From positions 1 to 55,906 of the forward strand of contig JBHJHA010000024.1 of the NCBI GenBank assembly GCA_050331235.1: a DNA stretch of 55,906 nucleotides. Reading direction: 5' to 3'. Within the stretch, counting starts at the first letter, position 1; each line of letters starts with the position of its first letter. Positions 29,161 through 39,764 of the stretch are shown piece by piece. The notes under the pieces were generated by a model that was not told the DNA's origin, ran no database searches, and saw only the letters and a list, made by a program, of their open reading frames with translations. Origin of the DNA: Leptolyngbyaceae cyanobacterium (GTDB lineage Bacteria; Cyanobacteriota; Cyanobacteriia; Phormidesmidales; Phormidesmidaceae). Both the position numbers and the translations under genes were made by a program.

Positions 29161-30762
29161 TTAGCCTTCGATAATGAATTCCATTAGGCGGCCTTGGGGG
29201 CTGCCAAAACGCAGCTGGGTGCCCGACTGCAGGTAAACCTCTTGACGATGGATATGTTGCCAGCCTTCGGTCTGGTGGCAAAATGTGCCATAGCGTGAAT
29301 CATCCTTGAGGTAATACGCGACGGAGAGACCGGCAGCCTGACCGCTCACCTGCCGACAAAATATCTCGCCGTGGTTCCCTGACACCCAGGGTTCTGGGAT
29401 CACCACATCATTTTCTGGCCGACGACCAACCCGCAAGGTGCCGCCGTACAAATACCAGACAAGGTGCGGTTCATCGACCGCGCGAATCGCTGCTACTGGG
29501 CTATTTGGGCAAGCTTCGCCGGGCAGGCGAGTGATCTCGGCATCTTGGTCAGACAAAACCTGGCTGTCAAAGTCAGGATGGCGATACAGCACTGGCAATG
29601 TCCAAGCCGGCTGGTTGAACTTGTACAAAGTCAACAAATGCTGGCGGGCGATCGCCACGGCTCGGTCCACGGGATTGCGTTCTGCCAGCGCTTGGGAAAA
29701 CACCTGAATGAAACTCAAGGCTTCCTCATCGGCGATCGCATCACGCATAGCAATGACTGCCGGCACACCGTGGTGCAGCAGCACCTCCGCTAAGCTACTG
29801 CGGGCCATAGTGTGCTCGGCTTGTTGATCAGGACGAGCGCCCCAACAGGTATTAAAAACGGCTAGCTTGACCCGATTGTGCAATAGCAGTTGCGCCAGCT
29901 CTGTACCGTTTAGCGTGGACTCCGTGCGGAGATAAATTAGCCCGCCATCCGGCGCAGGAATGCCGTGTCCTGAGTAGAAGAAGACATTGTACCCCCCTTT
30001 CTCAATGCTCTTAATGAGCTCAGTGGCCCGTGGCCGCACGAGTACATCGACCTGACAGGGAACCGCCATCCGAGGGCTAATCCCCGAGGTTCCCTCGCCC
30101 ATCAACAGCCGCTTGAGAAGCTCCGCTTCGACCTCAAGCTGCAGAGTATCCGCCGACTCGCGATCGCCGGGCACATCCGGCTCTCCTAACACCAACAAAA
30201 TCTTCAAGGCCGCATCCAACTCGACCTCTGCCAAGGGATCGACATCACTCGTAGTGCGGCTAAAGCGAATGTAATCATTCAGCGACATCGCCTGACGCCC
30301 AGGCTGGGGCTGCATGATCTCCCACGGTAGGCCAATCAAGTCGGGATCGCGAATATCGAGGGATAGGCATAGGGGATTACCCTGCCCCATGGCAATGCCC
30401 AAACTCTGATCCAAACTGCCTTTGATCGCTCCGTCAAATAGCCATTGCCAGAGCCGCACTCCCAAGGTTTGCATGAGTCGGCCCGTATATCCCTGCTCTT
30501 GACCATTGGGCGATTTGATTAGCTCGGGCGTCACCATCTGAGGGACGTAGGTAGACGGCACATGGGGCACCGCTGGCAATCCCCGTAGAGAAAATAGCTC
30601 TAGCCAAGTTTGCCAAAGCTGATTGAGTTCACTCGTCCAGGGGCGATCGTGGTGGACATAGCCACTCGGATAAGGAGCCTCAACCACCCAAATCGCATAG
30701 TGAGGCGTCGCCGCGTTAGAGAGTCGTTCAATAGCAATTCGCAGGCGGGTAGGCTCTGACAT
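29161..30762 (-). CDS. CHAT-domain (caspase-like) protease with C-terminal FHA domain
   Basis: LPWEIM, catalytic YSGHG and FNTCWG, WTLPVLY. FHA motifs VGR..ENDVVI....VS..HG.I ... S..GT. Confidence 0.88.
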   Translation of the reverse strand: MSEPTRLRIAIERLSNAATPHYAIWVVEAPYPSGYVHHDRPWTSELNQLWQTWLELFSLRGLPAVPHVPSTYVPQMVTPELIKSPNGQEQGYTGRLMQTLGVRLWQWLFDGAIKGSLDQSLGIAMGQGNPLCLSLDIRDPDLIGLPWEIMQPQPGRQAMSLNDYIRFSRTTSDVDPLAEVELDAALKILLVLGEPDVPGDRESADTLQLEVEAELLKRLLMGEGTSGISPRMAVPCQVDVLVRPRATELIKSIEKGGYNVFFYSGHGIPAPDGGLIYLRTESTLNGTELAQLLLHNRVKLAVFNTCWGARPDQQAEHTMARSSLAEVLLHHGVPAVIAMRDAIADEEALSFIQVFSQALAERNPVDRAVAIARQHLLTLYKFNQPAWTLPVLYRHPDFDSQVLSDQDAEITRLPGEACPNSPVAAIRAVDEPHLVWYLYGGTLRVGRRPENDVVIPEPWVSGNHGEIFCRQVSGQAAGLSVAYYLKDDSRYGTFCHQTEGWQHIHRQEVYLQSGTQLRFGSPQGRLMEFIIEG

Positions 30763-30874
30763 TAATCATCGTTGGAGTCACAAAACATTCGATTTCGATA
30801 TAGATAGGCAAGACCCTGATCCCAGCTGGTCGAAAGCCACAAGTGACCGTGACTTTTTGACCTTCATCACAGCA

Positions 30875-33106
30875 TTAGTCAGTACACAATCCCTGTTGAG
30901 TAGGGGATGTGTCAAGTAATTCGACGGCAAAAATTGGCAGGTCAGTTTGCAAGATCCACCCTTGATCACCAGGCAAGGCCACGGGCCGCGATCGCGGCAC
31001 TGCAGCTACCGCATCATCAATGTCATCAGGGCGATCGGCTAGAGCCGCCGGAGCCGGAGTCGAACACACCTGTAAACGCACCCAAAGCTGATCGTCCGGT
31101 GTCCGCTGGCGGCTACTAACCTTGACAACGCTGCCAATTGTCAAAAGCCGCTCCGGTGAGTCAACCGCCGCTGGCTGATCGAGCGCCGGCGGCGAAACAG
31201 TCGTGACGATTGTCGCCACGGTAGACGGATCAGGCACCTGTTGAATCTGGAAATAATCCCCTACGGTCAAATCGTTGAGCGAGGTCCCAGCCGCACCCGG
31301 CGGAGTCGCCGAAGGCGATAGAATTTCGCCATCTGGAACGGCAGCCGGCAGCTCAGAAGCAGCCTGGCCGCGCCACCATTGCCACCCCAGCGCACTGGCA
31401 ATGCCCAATAGCCCCAGCAGCACGACCACCGGCAGCAGCGAAAATCGTGCCCGTGGCGGCACCGTAGGCACTGGTGCAGTAGCAGCTGAGCTTACGGCCA
31501 CTGGTGCCGCCAAAAAGGTTTCCTGAGACTGAGTAGGAGGCAGGTTAGCTGGATTGAGATCGGCCAATCTGACCGGAACAGCCATGGGGGCCGCCACCCG
31601 TTGAGGGCTCAATCGCAACAGGCCCACAGTCACATTGTCGTGGCCATTCTGAGCGTTGGCTAAATCAACCAATCGCTTTGCTGTCGTCGGGATATCGAGA
31701 TCGCCCCGCAGGGCTGGCAAGAGCTCCAGCGACCAGCTCCGTTCCACCAAATCATGGTCGCTCAGACCATCAGAACACAATAGGATCACACTATGGTCGA
31801 CGATGGGAAATACCTGCACTGTCGGGTGCAAATGCATCTGACTGGCCATCCCCAACGCCTGCACCAGCGCCCCAGCGCCTGGATTTTGCAAAGCATCCTG
31901 ATACAGTTCGAGACCGAGTCGCATTTCTCGGGCGGCAATATCGTCATCGAGAGTAAGCTGCCGACAGCTCTGCGATCGCACCTGGTAGGCACGACTGTCT
32001 CCCAAATGCGCCACATAAAGCTGTCCGCCATAGACCAGAGCCATCACAATGGTGGTACCCATGCGATCGCGGTCTTGGCGGTGGTCCGCATCATTCCGCT
32101 CGACAATCACTTGATTGGCCGCGGTAATCACTTGCTTCAACGCTGTCACAACGTCTTGATGACGGGTCGGATGAGGGTTTAAGCAGGAGGGCAGTTGCTG
32201 AGTCACTACCGCGATCGCGCTTTGGGAAGCGACATCCCCTCCTTGATGCCCCCCAACTCCATCGCAGACGACAACTAACGGCACCGACGATGGCTGAAGA
32301 GACGCCTCAGGTGGCAGCTGCAGCGTTTGACTGTAACCACTTGGCGGCAAACAAGCATCTTCGTTACGCTGACGCGTCGGCCCGCGATCAGATTGGGTCG
32401 CCACTTGCACGGTCAAGGTCTGTTGCGTTGTCTGCTGCTCCATCGCCTGCTCTAGGGAATGCACCAGCCAGCGGCTCGTACCTTGACCCGACGCGAGGTG
32501 TTGGGTCAACCGAGAGAGATAATCGCGGATTTCTGCCGCAGCGGCGGATACTAAAGACTGCCAAGAGTCGCCCAGATCGGCCAAAGTCGGGGCCGGCTGT
32601 TGTTGCCACAGGGACAATAGCCGAATGTGTTCGCCATCGGCGCGCACTGTCTGGTCGTCAAGTAAACAGTGGGCCACTTGTTGCTCGACGCAAGGCTGCC
32701 AGAGCCGGGCACAGCGCCACAGCCAACATAGTTGCCGTAGTCCTGATGCTTGGGGCCAAAGGTCGCGCCAAATCGGCAACAGTAAAGGTTGGTCAGGCGA
32801 TTTCGGTGTCACCGCCAGTGGGACTTCCTCCAGCAAGAGCAGAGGCATTTGGTCATCAGGATGCATCACCTGGGTAAACGGACGGGGCACCGCGAGCGCA
32901 AACGTAGACAGCGCCAAGTAAGGCGCTGCCAAGGGAGGAACCACCTCAAGCGGTGGCGGCGGCACCTCCGGTTGCGTATCTTCCAACAGGGGGAAAGTCA
33001 GCACTCGATAACGGTCGGCTAGGTAGCTGCCGGACGTCAGCGACGTCGGGTTGGCTGCCTGAGCCCACAAAAATCGACGCATCGGCGGCGACTGTAACCT
33101 TGGCAT
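30875..33106 (-). CDS. PrpJ-like PP2C Ser/Thr phosphatase (kinase-remnant N-terminus, TM helix, SH3-like C-terminus)
   Basis: D.G..R..NED, CDGVGGH.GG..AS, MGTT, HLGDSRAY, LCSDGL, GHDNVT and a single TM. Confidence 0.88.
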   Translation of the reverse strand: MPRLQSPPMRRFLWAQAANPTSLTSGSYLADRYRVLTFPLLEDTQPEVPPPPLEVVPPLAAPYLALSTFALAVPRPFTQVMHPDDQMPLLLLEEVPLAVTPKSPDQPLLLPIWRDLWPQASGLRQLCWLWRCARLWQPCVEQQVAHCLLDDQTVRADGEHIRLLSLWQQQPAPTLADLGDSWQSLVSAAAAEIRDYLSRLTQHLASGQGTSRWLVHSLEQAMEQQTTQQTLTVQVATQSDRGPTRQRNEDACLPPSGYSQTLQLPPEASLQPSSVPLVVVCDGVGGHQGGDVASQSAIAVVTQQLPSCLNPHPTRHQDVVTALKQVITAANQVIVERNDADHRQDRDRMGTTIVMALVYGGQLYVAHLGDSRAYQVRSQSCRQLTLDDDIAAREMRLGLELYQDALQNPGAGALVQALGMASQMHLHPTVQVFPIVDHSVILLCSDGLSDHDLVERSWSLELLPALRGDLDIPTTAKRLVDLANAQNGHDNVTVGLLRLSPQRVAAPMAVPVRLADLNPANLPPTQSQETFLAAPVAVSSAATAPVPTVPPRARFSLLPVVVLLGLLGIASALGWQWWRGQAASELPAAVPDGEILSPSATPPGAAGTSLNDLTVGDYFQIQQVPDPSTVATIVTTVSPPALDQPAAVDSPERLLTIGSVVKVSSRQRTPDDQLWVRLQVCSTPAPAALADRPDDIDDAVAAVPRSRPVALPGDQGWILQTDLPIFAVELLDTSPTQQGLCTD

Positions 33107-33198
33107 ACGTAGCGATCGCCCTCATCCGCAATAACATTGGCAGTGGGCACTGGTCCTACAGCGACCGGGCACCGTTACCGACTTTCATCTGATCGTAA

Positions 33199-33546
33199 TC
33201 AAGCATTTGCAGAGTCGTCAGACACCACTCGCGGTAAACCCATGCTGTAGTTTAGCGCCCGGCTCTTGAGGTTATAACTGATTTCGCCAGCCTGGAGCTG
33301 CAGCTTAATAAAATGCTCTAGGTCGGACCCAATCCGACGCAGATTATAGTCTGTCAGCGCCTCACCCTCTGCCGTCGCGACCAGCCGGTCAAATTCTTGG
33401 TTAACTTTCTGTAGGGCTTCGTCACTCCAGATAAACTCGTTGTCTGGGTCAACGTCCAGCGTCAACACTGAATCACTGGGCACTAGCCCATCGTCCACAA
33501 CCTCAGCAGCGTAGATAAATACATGACGAGTCGTTGATTTCAGCAT
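33199..33546 (-). CDS. ndhM: NDH-1 subunit M
   Basis: MLKSTTRH, LTLDVDPDNEF.W, YNLRRIGSDLEHFI, NYSMGLPR. Confidence 0.95.
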   Translation of the reverse strand: MLKSTTRHVFIYAAEVVDDGLVPSDSVLTLDVDPDNEFIWSDEALQKVNQEFDRLVATAEGEALTDYNLRRIGSDLEHFIKLQLQAGEISYNLKSRALNYSMGLPRVVSDDSANA

Positions 33547-33839
33547 TGCCCTTGCGCCTGTGAATAATTGTCAATGATCTCAACGACTTTATTGTAAGGG
33601 GTGAGGGGAAAGGCCGAGCCTCTCAACCAACAGGTGGCTCACGTTCAACTTTAACGGAGAGGCACCAGACCATTTCCCAGGCCGCTTTCCGCATCTCCTA
33701 TAGCGTCTCCGCTCAGGGTTTTACAGGCTACGGCTGGCCCACCAACCCTTCAAGTCCAAGTTAGCGATTCGTCTGTGCCCAGTCCCCAACGCCTCTAGCA
33801 CAATGGAAGAATAGGGAAATAACACTTTTTTGACTCAAC

Positions 33840-35042
33840 ATGATGCATTCACTGGAGCAAACTCTAAACCTGGCCCTGGCAGGCCATGATTTGCCCCCTG
33901 CCGCTGGATTGGAGTTACTACTAGCGACGACCCCCGCCGCGATCGCTGCGATTCAGGCGACTGCTGATGAATTGCGCCGGCGTCAGGTCGGCGACACTGT
34001 CACCTATGTGGTCAACCGCAATCTCAACTTCACGAATATTTGTGAACAGCACTGCAGCTTTTGTGCCTTTCGCCGCGATGCCGGTGAGGCTGGAGCCTTT
34101 TGGCTAGATTGGCAAACCATGCGGGAAAAGGCCGCCGCCGCAGTTGCGCTGGGGGCTACCGAAATCTGTATGCAAGGGGGCTTAAATCCCGCAGCCAAGG
34201 TTGATGGTAGTAGCCTGCAATATTATGTACATCTGCTGCGCAATCTCAAGGAAACCTGGCCCAACCTACACATCCACGCATTTTCTCCCCAGGAAGTTCA
34301 GTTCATTGCCCGCGAAGACAGTTTGAGCTATCGCGAAGTCATTGTGGCTCTGCAAGCGGCCGGGGTCGGGTCACTGCCAGGCACCGCAGCAGAAGTCTTA
34401 GACGACACTGTACGGCAAGTACTCTGCCCCGAAAAAATTGACAGTGCGACATGGCTTGAGATTGTCGGGTTGGCCCATACCCTTGGCTTACCTACCACCA
34501 GCACTATGCTATGCGGACAGATCGAAACCCCCGAGCAGCAAATCATCCACTTAGAGAAAATTCGGCAGCTCCAGCAGCAAGCGATCGCCCAGGCCAAGCC
34601 TGCCCGCATCACCGAGTTCATTTTGCTGCCGTTTGTCGGCCAAGAGGCACCAAACCCTTTGCGGCGTCGGGTTAGGCGAGACCAGCCGGTACTAGCTGAT
34701 GTGCTACATCTCACGGCTGTTGCGCGTATCTATTTAGGCAACTGGATTCCCAATCACCAACCCAGCTGGGTCAAGTTGGGGATAGCCGGGGCGACCGCAG
34801 CCCTGAACTGGGGCTGCAACGATATCGGCGGCACCTTGATGGAAGAGCACATCACCACCATGGCGGGGGCCCAAGGAGGAACCTGCTTGACCCCCACAGA
34901 ATTGCAAACAGCGATCGCCAGTCTCCAGCGTCCATATCAGCAGCGAGACACCCTGTATCATCCCATCGAGACTCAGGTCTCAGCCTCAATGGGGTACACC
35001 GCTCCGGCACGGCAGTCTCGCAGCCATAAGCGTATCGCCTGA
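33840..35042 (+). CDS. cofH: FO synthase subunit CofH (radical SAM)
   Basis: [21 protein letters not shown] (CxxxCxxC), HAFSPQE, PGTAAE.L, D.GGTLMEE.I. Confidence 0.92.
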   Translation: MMHSLEQTLNLALAGHDLPPAAGLELLLATTPAAIAAIQATADELRRRQVGDTVTYVVNRNLNFTNICEQHCSFCAFRRDAGEAGAFWLDWQTMREKAAAAVALGATEICMQGGLNPAAKVDGSSLQYYVHLLRNLKETWPNLHIHAFSPQEVQFIAREDSLSYREVIVALQAAGVGSLPGTAAEVLDDTVRQVLCPEKIDSATWLEIVGLAHTLGLPTTSTMLCGQIETPEQQIIHLEKIRQLQQQAIAQAKPARITEFILLPFVGQEAPNPLRRRVRRDQPVLADVLHLTAVARIYLGNWIPNHQPSWVKLGIAGATAALNWGCNDIGGTLMEEHITTMAGAQGGTCLTPTELQTAIASLQRPYQQRDTLYHPIETQVSASMGYTAPARQSRSHKRIA

Positions 35043-35569
35043 CCGACAATACCGTCACTGCTTTCCTGGGGAGGCGTCGGCGGTCGCCCGTCATCGTCGT
35101 CAGCCGCCACCCGTGAGAACATTAACGTCAGCTGCCAACCATCCTCTACTGGGACCATAAACAGCCAATGATAAAGCTCAAGGTACACAATCTCGGAGTC
35201 AGTGTACTGCCGCTCTAAAGTAGTGATAAATACCTGTTGAACGCTGTCGGGCGTCTCAAATGTCAGCGTCTCTAGGGATAGTGGATCTAAATCGATGGCC
35301 CCAGCAATAACTACGGTGCCAAAGTTGGCTCCGCTACTTGCCGCTCCAACCGTGCGCCGAGCGACCAAATTGACATATCTGGGTAAGTCTCGCGTCAACC
35401 CCTGGGTCATTGTCCCCAGATCTGCCGGACAGTCCGCTGCCGGGCGAATATAGGGCGTTGGCAGCCCAGTAGGAGCTGCTGGCTCTTCAGCGATCGCAGG
35501 GGCCAGCAGGCCCAAACCACTCACCCCCGCCACGATTACAGTTACCCACAAATAATGTTGATTAAGCAT
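34973..35569 (-). CDS. Hypothetical exported protein
   Basis: Signal-like N-terminus; CP..L......[28 protein letters not shown]. Overlaps the 3' end of cofH. Start uncertain (35569 or 35605). Confidence 0.7.
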   Translation of the reverse strand: MLNQHYLWVTVIVAGVSGLGLLAPAIAEEPAAPTGLPTPYIRPAADCPADLGTMTQGLTRDLPRYVNLVARRTVGAASSGANFGTVVIAGAIDLDPLSLETLTFETPDSVQQVFITTLERQYTDSEIVYLELYHWLFMVPVEDGWQLTLMFSRVAADDDDGRPPTPPQESSDGIVGQAIRLWLRDCRAGAVYPIEAET

Positions 35570-35904
35570 CTCATCAGGACTTACGCAGTTTAAGACGGCG
35601 GACACTATCGGTAGGGGCCGGCTCCCGCGCTTCGGTCCAAGGGGAAGGACAGAAGCTCAGCCAGCCCGTCGAAATCTCAATGGGTGTGTAAGTCCTAGAA
35701 ACTCGTCAGATATGTCTGCTACTGTAACCAGTGACTCAGCAACCTCCATTAACCTACCTCAAGGTTTCAACGTCTCTGCAAAAAGATTGCAACTTTGAAG
35801 ACGCGAAATCTCACATCCTTAGTATCCTTATCGGAAAACAGTTCAAAAGTAGATGGTACGACAACCAGTTGCTCCAGTTTGAAGACTGGTGAGGAGTTTT
35901 GGGA

Positions 35905-38900
35905 ATGGTCAAGGTGCAAAATCGCTCATTATTTGTTTTACTGCTGGTCGCAGCCTGCTTAGCCCCGACCACCTGGGCGAGTGCCCGCCCTCATCGAATC
36001 GCGCAAAGCCCAATTGATAATCCCGATACCGTTGATAACCCTGACGCCGAGGGCGATCTTCCAGCTGAGGGCGATACGACTACTCCACCAGAACTATCGC
36101 CCACCTTTGACGCATCGCCCGCTGAGCTACCGGAAGACTCAAACTTGACCATCGAAGGGTCCTCGAGCATGGACACCATCACGCGATCGCTACTACGCAA
36201 CTTTCAACAGGACTATCCGGGTACGAGTGTAACTCTAGTGGAGCGTCCAACCGAGACCGCCCTACAAAATCTACAAGCAGGGTCCACAGATTTAGCCGCC
36301 ATTGGGCGCACTCTTAGCGATGAACAGCAGGCTCAGGGGCTGACCGCAGTCCCCGTCAGCCGTGAAAAAATTGCAGTCATTGTTGGTGCGAACAATCCCT
36401 TTGACGGTCAAATTGAGGCTGAAGATTTTGTCCGCATCTTTCGGGGTGAGGTGACCAACTGGATTGAACTGGGCGGCCCCGACCTCCCCATTCGCTTTAT
36501 TGACCGCCCCGAGACAAGCGACACCCGAGCCTCACTGGGGGACTACGAAATTTTTGAAGGTGATTTGAGCAACGGTGACAACGTTGTACGAGTGGAAAAT
36601 GACAGCACGGCTGAAGTAGTCGAGGCCCTGGGCGACAACGGGATTGGCTACGCGATCGCAAGTCAAGTCCTCGATCAGGAAAATGTACGGGTCGTGGCCA
36701 TGCACGATACCCTGCCGGACAATCCACAATATCCTTATTCCCAACCGCGCACCTACGTTTACCTAAGTACTCAAGAGACTCCCGCTGAAGTGGAAGCCTT
36801 TTTGGCTCTCGCCACCACTGCCGAGGGGCAAGCCGCAGTAGAGGAAGCGAAGGCCGCCGAAGCTGCTGATGTGGCCGTTGCAGATCTGCCAGACCGTGTC
36901 TCGGCTATGCGGCCCAATGGTCAAGGCTTTGTCACCGGCGATCGCACCGGCAATCTAAATTTTTGGAACGCCAATGGCACCACCGCTGGCGAGCCCCAAT
37001 CAGCCCATACGGGCCCGGTCACTGCGCTGGCCTTTAGTAATGACGGTCAGCGACTCATCAGCGGCGGGGCTGACGGCACCATTCGCCTGTGGGATAGCGT
37101 TGGCAATCCAATTGGTGAACCGATCAATGCTGGCCATGGCCCCGTCACCAGCCTGACGGTACAGTCCGATGGCAGCTTTATCAGCGGCAGCGACGAGGGG
37201 GTTTTACAACAGTGGAACAGCACTGGCAACCCCGTCGGCGCCCCCATCACCGGCCACGAAGACACTGTGCGAGATATTGCCCTGAGTCCCGATGGGAATG
37301 CCCTCATCACTGCCTCCGAGGATGGCACCATTCGCCGCTGGAACACCGCCGATGGCAGTGCTCTTGGTGATCCCTTAACCGGTCACCAAGGGGGAGTACA
37401 AGCCTTAACCGTTCAGCCCGATGGTCGGATTTTCTCTGGCGGCGCCGACGGCACGGTCCGTCAGTGGGACCAAAATGGCACGCAAGTGAGCGAGCCACTA
37501 CAAATTTCAGGACCGGTGAATGCGATCGCCCGCAACCCCGACGGCACCAGCGTGGCCGTTGGTGATGATACCGGCGCTTTGCAATACCTCTCCGGCGAAG
37601 GAGTCCCAGTGGGATCGCCCCTCACTGATGTCGGTGCCCCCGTCGATGATTTGGTATTTACCCCAGATGGTCAGCGCTTAGTCGTGAGTGCCGGTGAGAC
37701 TCCCCAGCTCCGAGACGACACCGGACAAATAGTCCCTATCCCCCAAGCCGATAGCCCTGACGAGACCGACTCTGCCCAGGCAACGGCCGGTTTGCCGCCA
37801 GAAATGTTAGAGCTGTGGGAGCAACTTGAGGGGCTACCGCCCCAAGTATTGTGGATTATTCCAGTCGCTGTCCTGGCCTTGCTGTTGCTAGGGCTCCTCC
37901 GCAGCTTCCGCCAAGATGAGGAGGAGCTGGATAACGATGAAGTCGTCGGCCTTTTGCCCGGTGAGCAGGCTGAGACAACCAACAGCTTAACCGCGGACGA
38001 CTTTACCACCGATGACTTCACAGCTGATGATTTTGGTCAAGCACCGGCAAACAGCGTTGCCCAGGCATCCACCGGTGGACCCGTTGCCGGATTCACCGCC
38101 GATGCTGAAATCGACACCTCCCTCACCAAAGCCAAGCAAACCTTAACTGAAGGCGTCAGCTTGGGCAATGCCGGACGCTATCAAGCTGCCCTCGAGCGCT
38201 TTAATAAGGCCATTGAACTCGCTGATATCGAACGCCTCAAAGCGGCGGCCACTGGAGCCTCGTTGGCAGGAGCTGGCCTGGTCATTGCTCGCGGTTTAGC
38301 TCGGCGAGGCACAGCCTTGGCAAATCTAGATCGACCGGATGAAGCCCTCAAGAGTCTCAACCGAGCCCTAGAAATGGATGGCAACGATGTTGCCGCCTGG
38401 ATTGGCAAAGGCAATGTCCTGGCACAAATGGGACAGCTTGACGAAGCTCTCTTTTGTTTTGACAAAGCGATCGAGCTTAATCCCAACCTAGCTGCGGCCT
38501 GGCAGGGTAAAGGGAACACCCTCAAGAAAATGGGTCGCGACGCCGAAGCCCGCAACTGCTTTAGCAAAGCCGAGTCCCTCGGTGGAGTCAATGAAGATAT
38601 TCCTATTGAGTTGGGAACACCGGCGATATCGAGCCCTGATAGCGTATCCCATTGGGTTGGCGACTCAGTAGCCTCAAACCCAGGACAGCAAGCCATGCGG
38701 CCGGCCAGTCGACCGGCCATTGAGCCAGGACCTCTGCCCGAAGCATCGACGTCCAATCAGCCTATGTTCAATCCCATCACTCCTGGTACCCTTCCAGCGT
38801 CACCGAGGCCCCATTCCATGCCACCAGCAGCACAGCCGCCCCGGGATACCCCGATTGGCCCGATTGGCATTACACCGCCGCCATCTCCTGTCTTGAGCAA

Positions 38901-39591
38901 TGAACTCGATGAGTTGCCTGCAGAACTATTGACGGCGATTAACAATCTGCCAGACGATTCCAACGCTTCCGGCTTGACGGGTCAAGCGGCATCGATGCCC
39001 ACTATTGAACCCAGTGCACCGTTGCCAGAAACTGCTGATACCGCTGTGCCACCAGACATTTTGCAATCGGTTACTTCGCTCCCTGCTGAGCCCGAGTCAG
39101 CAGCCCCCAATGCCCCGCTTTCAGCTCCGGTAGAGGTTCCCCGTGAAGTGAGCGCCATTTTGTCCGGCAACTCCGACATTCCGGCCGAAGAGGAAACCTT
39201 AGGAGCAGCAGCCGTTAAGGACCCCATGGCAACTTTCCTAGGAAACGATGCCTCTGTGGCCATGCGCCCGCCTGCTCATCAGCCGCCTGCAGCAGCATCT
39301 GTAGAAGAAATCTCAAGGTTTGCCCCGACAGTCCCACCGCGCAGTTCTGCACCAAGTACCGAGCCCCATACCCCAACCGCTGGGCCTACACCGACATCTC
39401 TGCAGTCCGGGGCAGCGATCGCACCAGATCAGCCAACCGATGACGACGCCTTATCAGGGGTTCCTCCCGAAGTTTTAGAGGCCCTCCGTGGCATACCCGC
39501 TGATTCCCCAGACAGCTTCGACTTACCACCCACGTCTCGACCCACACCACCACCGCCACCCACTAATCCGAGAATACGGGATGAGACCTGA
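35905..39591 (+). CDS. Multidomain membrane protein: signal peptide, PstS-like binding domain, WD40 propeller, TM, TPR, Pro-rich tail
   Basis: IEGSSSM and DRPE.S.T (PBP type 2); repeated GH...V..L....DG..I.SG..DGT.R.WD; one TM; TPR repeats; GAGGAG RBS before ATG 35905. Confidence 0.88.
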   Translation: MVKVQNRSLFVLLLVAACLAPTTWASARPHRIAQSPIDNPDTVDNPDAEGDLPAEGDTTTPPELSPTFDASPAELPEDSNLTIEGSSSMDTITRSLLRNFQQDYPGTSVTLVERPTETALQNLQAGSTDLAAIGRTLSDEQQAQGLTAVPVSREKIAVIVGANNPFDGQIEAEDFVRIFRGEVTNWIELGGPDLPIRFIDRPETSDTRASLGDYEIFEGDLSNGDNVVRVENDSTAEVVEALGDNGIGYAIASQVLDQENVRVVAMHDTLPDNPQYPYSQPRTYVYLSTQETPAEVEAFLALATTAEGQAAVEEAKAAEAADVAVADLPDRVSAMRPNGQGFVTGDRTGNLNFWNANGTTAGEPQSAHTGPVTALAFSNDGQRLISGGADGTIRLWDSVGNPIGEPINAGHGPVTSLTVQSDGSFISGSDEGVLQQWNSTGNPVGAPITGHEDTVRDIALSPDGNALITASEDGTIRRWNTADGSALGDPLTGHQGGVQALTVQPDGRIFSGGADGTVRQWDQNGTQVSEPLQISGPVNAIARNPDGTSVAVGDDTGALQYLSGEGVPVGSPLTDVGAPVDDLVFTPDGQRLVVSAGETPQLRDDTGQIVPIPQADSPDETDSAQATAGLPPEMLELWEQLEGLPPQVLWIIPVAVLALLLLGLLRSFRQDEEELDNDEVVGLLPGEQAETTNSLTADDFTTDDFTADDFGQAPANSVAQASTGGPVAGFTADAEIDTSLTKAKQTLTEGVSLGNAGRYQAALERFNKAIELADIERLKAAATGASLAGAGLVIARGLARRGTALANLDRPDEALKSLNRALEMDGNDVAAWIGKGNVLAQMGQLDEALFCFDKAIELNPNLAAAWQGKGNTLKKMGRDAEARNCFSKAESLGGVNEDIPIELGTPAISSPDSVSHWVGDSVASNPGQQAMRPASRPAIEPGPLPEASTSNQPMFNPITPGTLPASPRPHSMPPAAQPPRDTPIGPIGITPPPSPVLSNELDELPAELLTAINNLPDDSNASGLTGQAASMPTIEPSAPLPETADTAVPPDILQSVTSLPAEPESAAPNAPLSAPVEVPREVSAILSGNSDIPAEEETLGAAAVKDPMATFLGNDASVAMRPPAHQPPAAASVEEISRFAPTVPPRSSAPSTEPHTPTAGPTPTSLQSGAAIAPDQPTDDDALSGVPPEVLEALRGIPADSPDSFDLPPTSRPTPPPPPTNPRIRDET

Positions 39592-39764
39592 GCCCTTACA
39601 GGGATGGATTACACCTGGACCTGATCTGAAGTCCTGCTAGCCGTCTCCAATAAGATGCTTACTCTGTAAAGGTTTCAGGGCTTCTATAGTCCAGAAGAGT
39701 CGTGAACCAGCGACTTAGGGTGGATCCAATGCCGGATGAAGTCCGGCGATACATAGCTTGGGAC

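Noticed and set aside
16329..30762. CHAT proteases as CRISPR-associated or anti-phage effectors
   Set aside because: No cas, gasdermin-like or defence genes nearby; the context is housekeeping and developmental.
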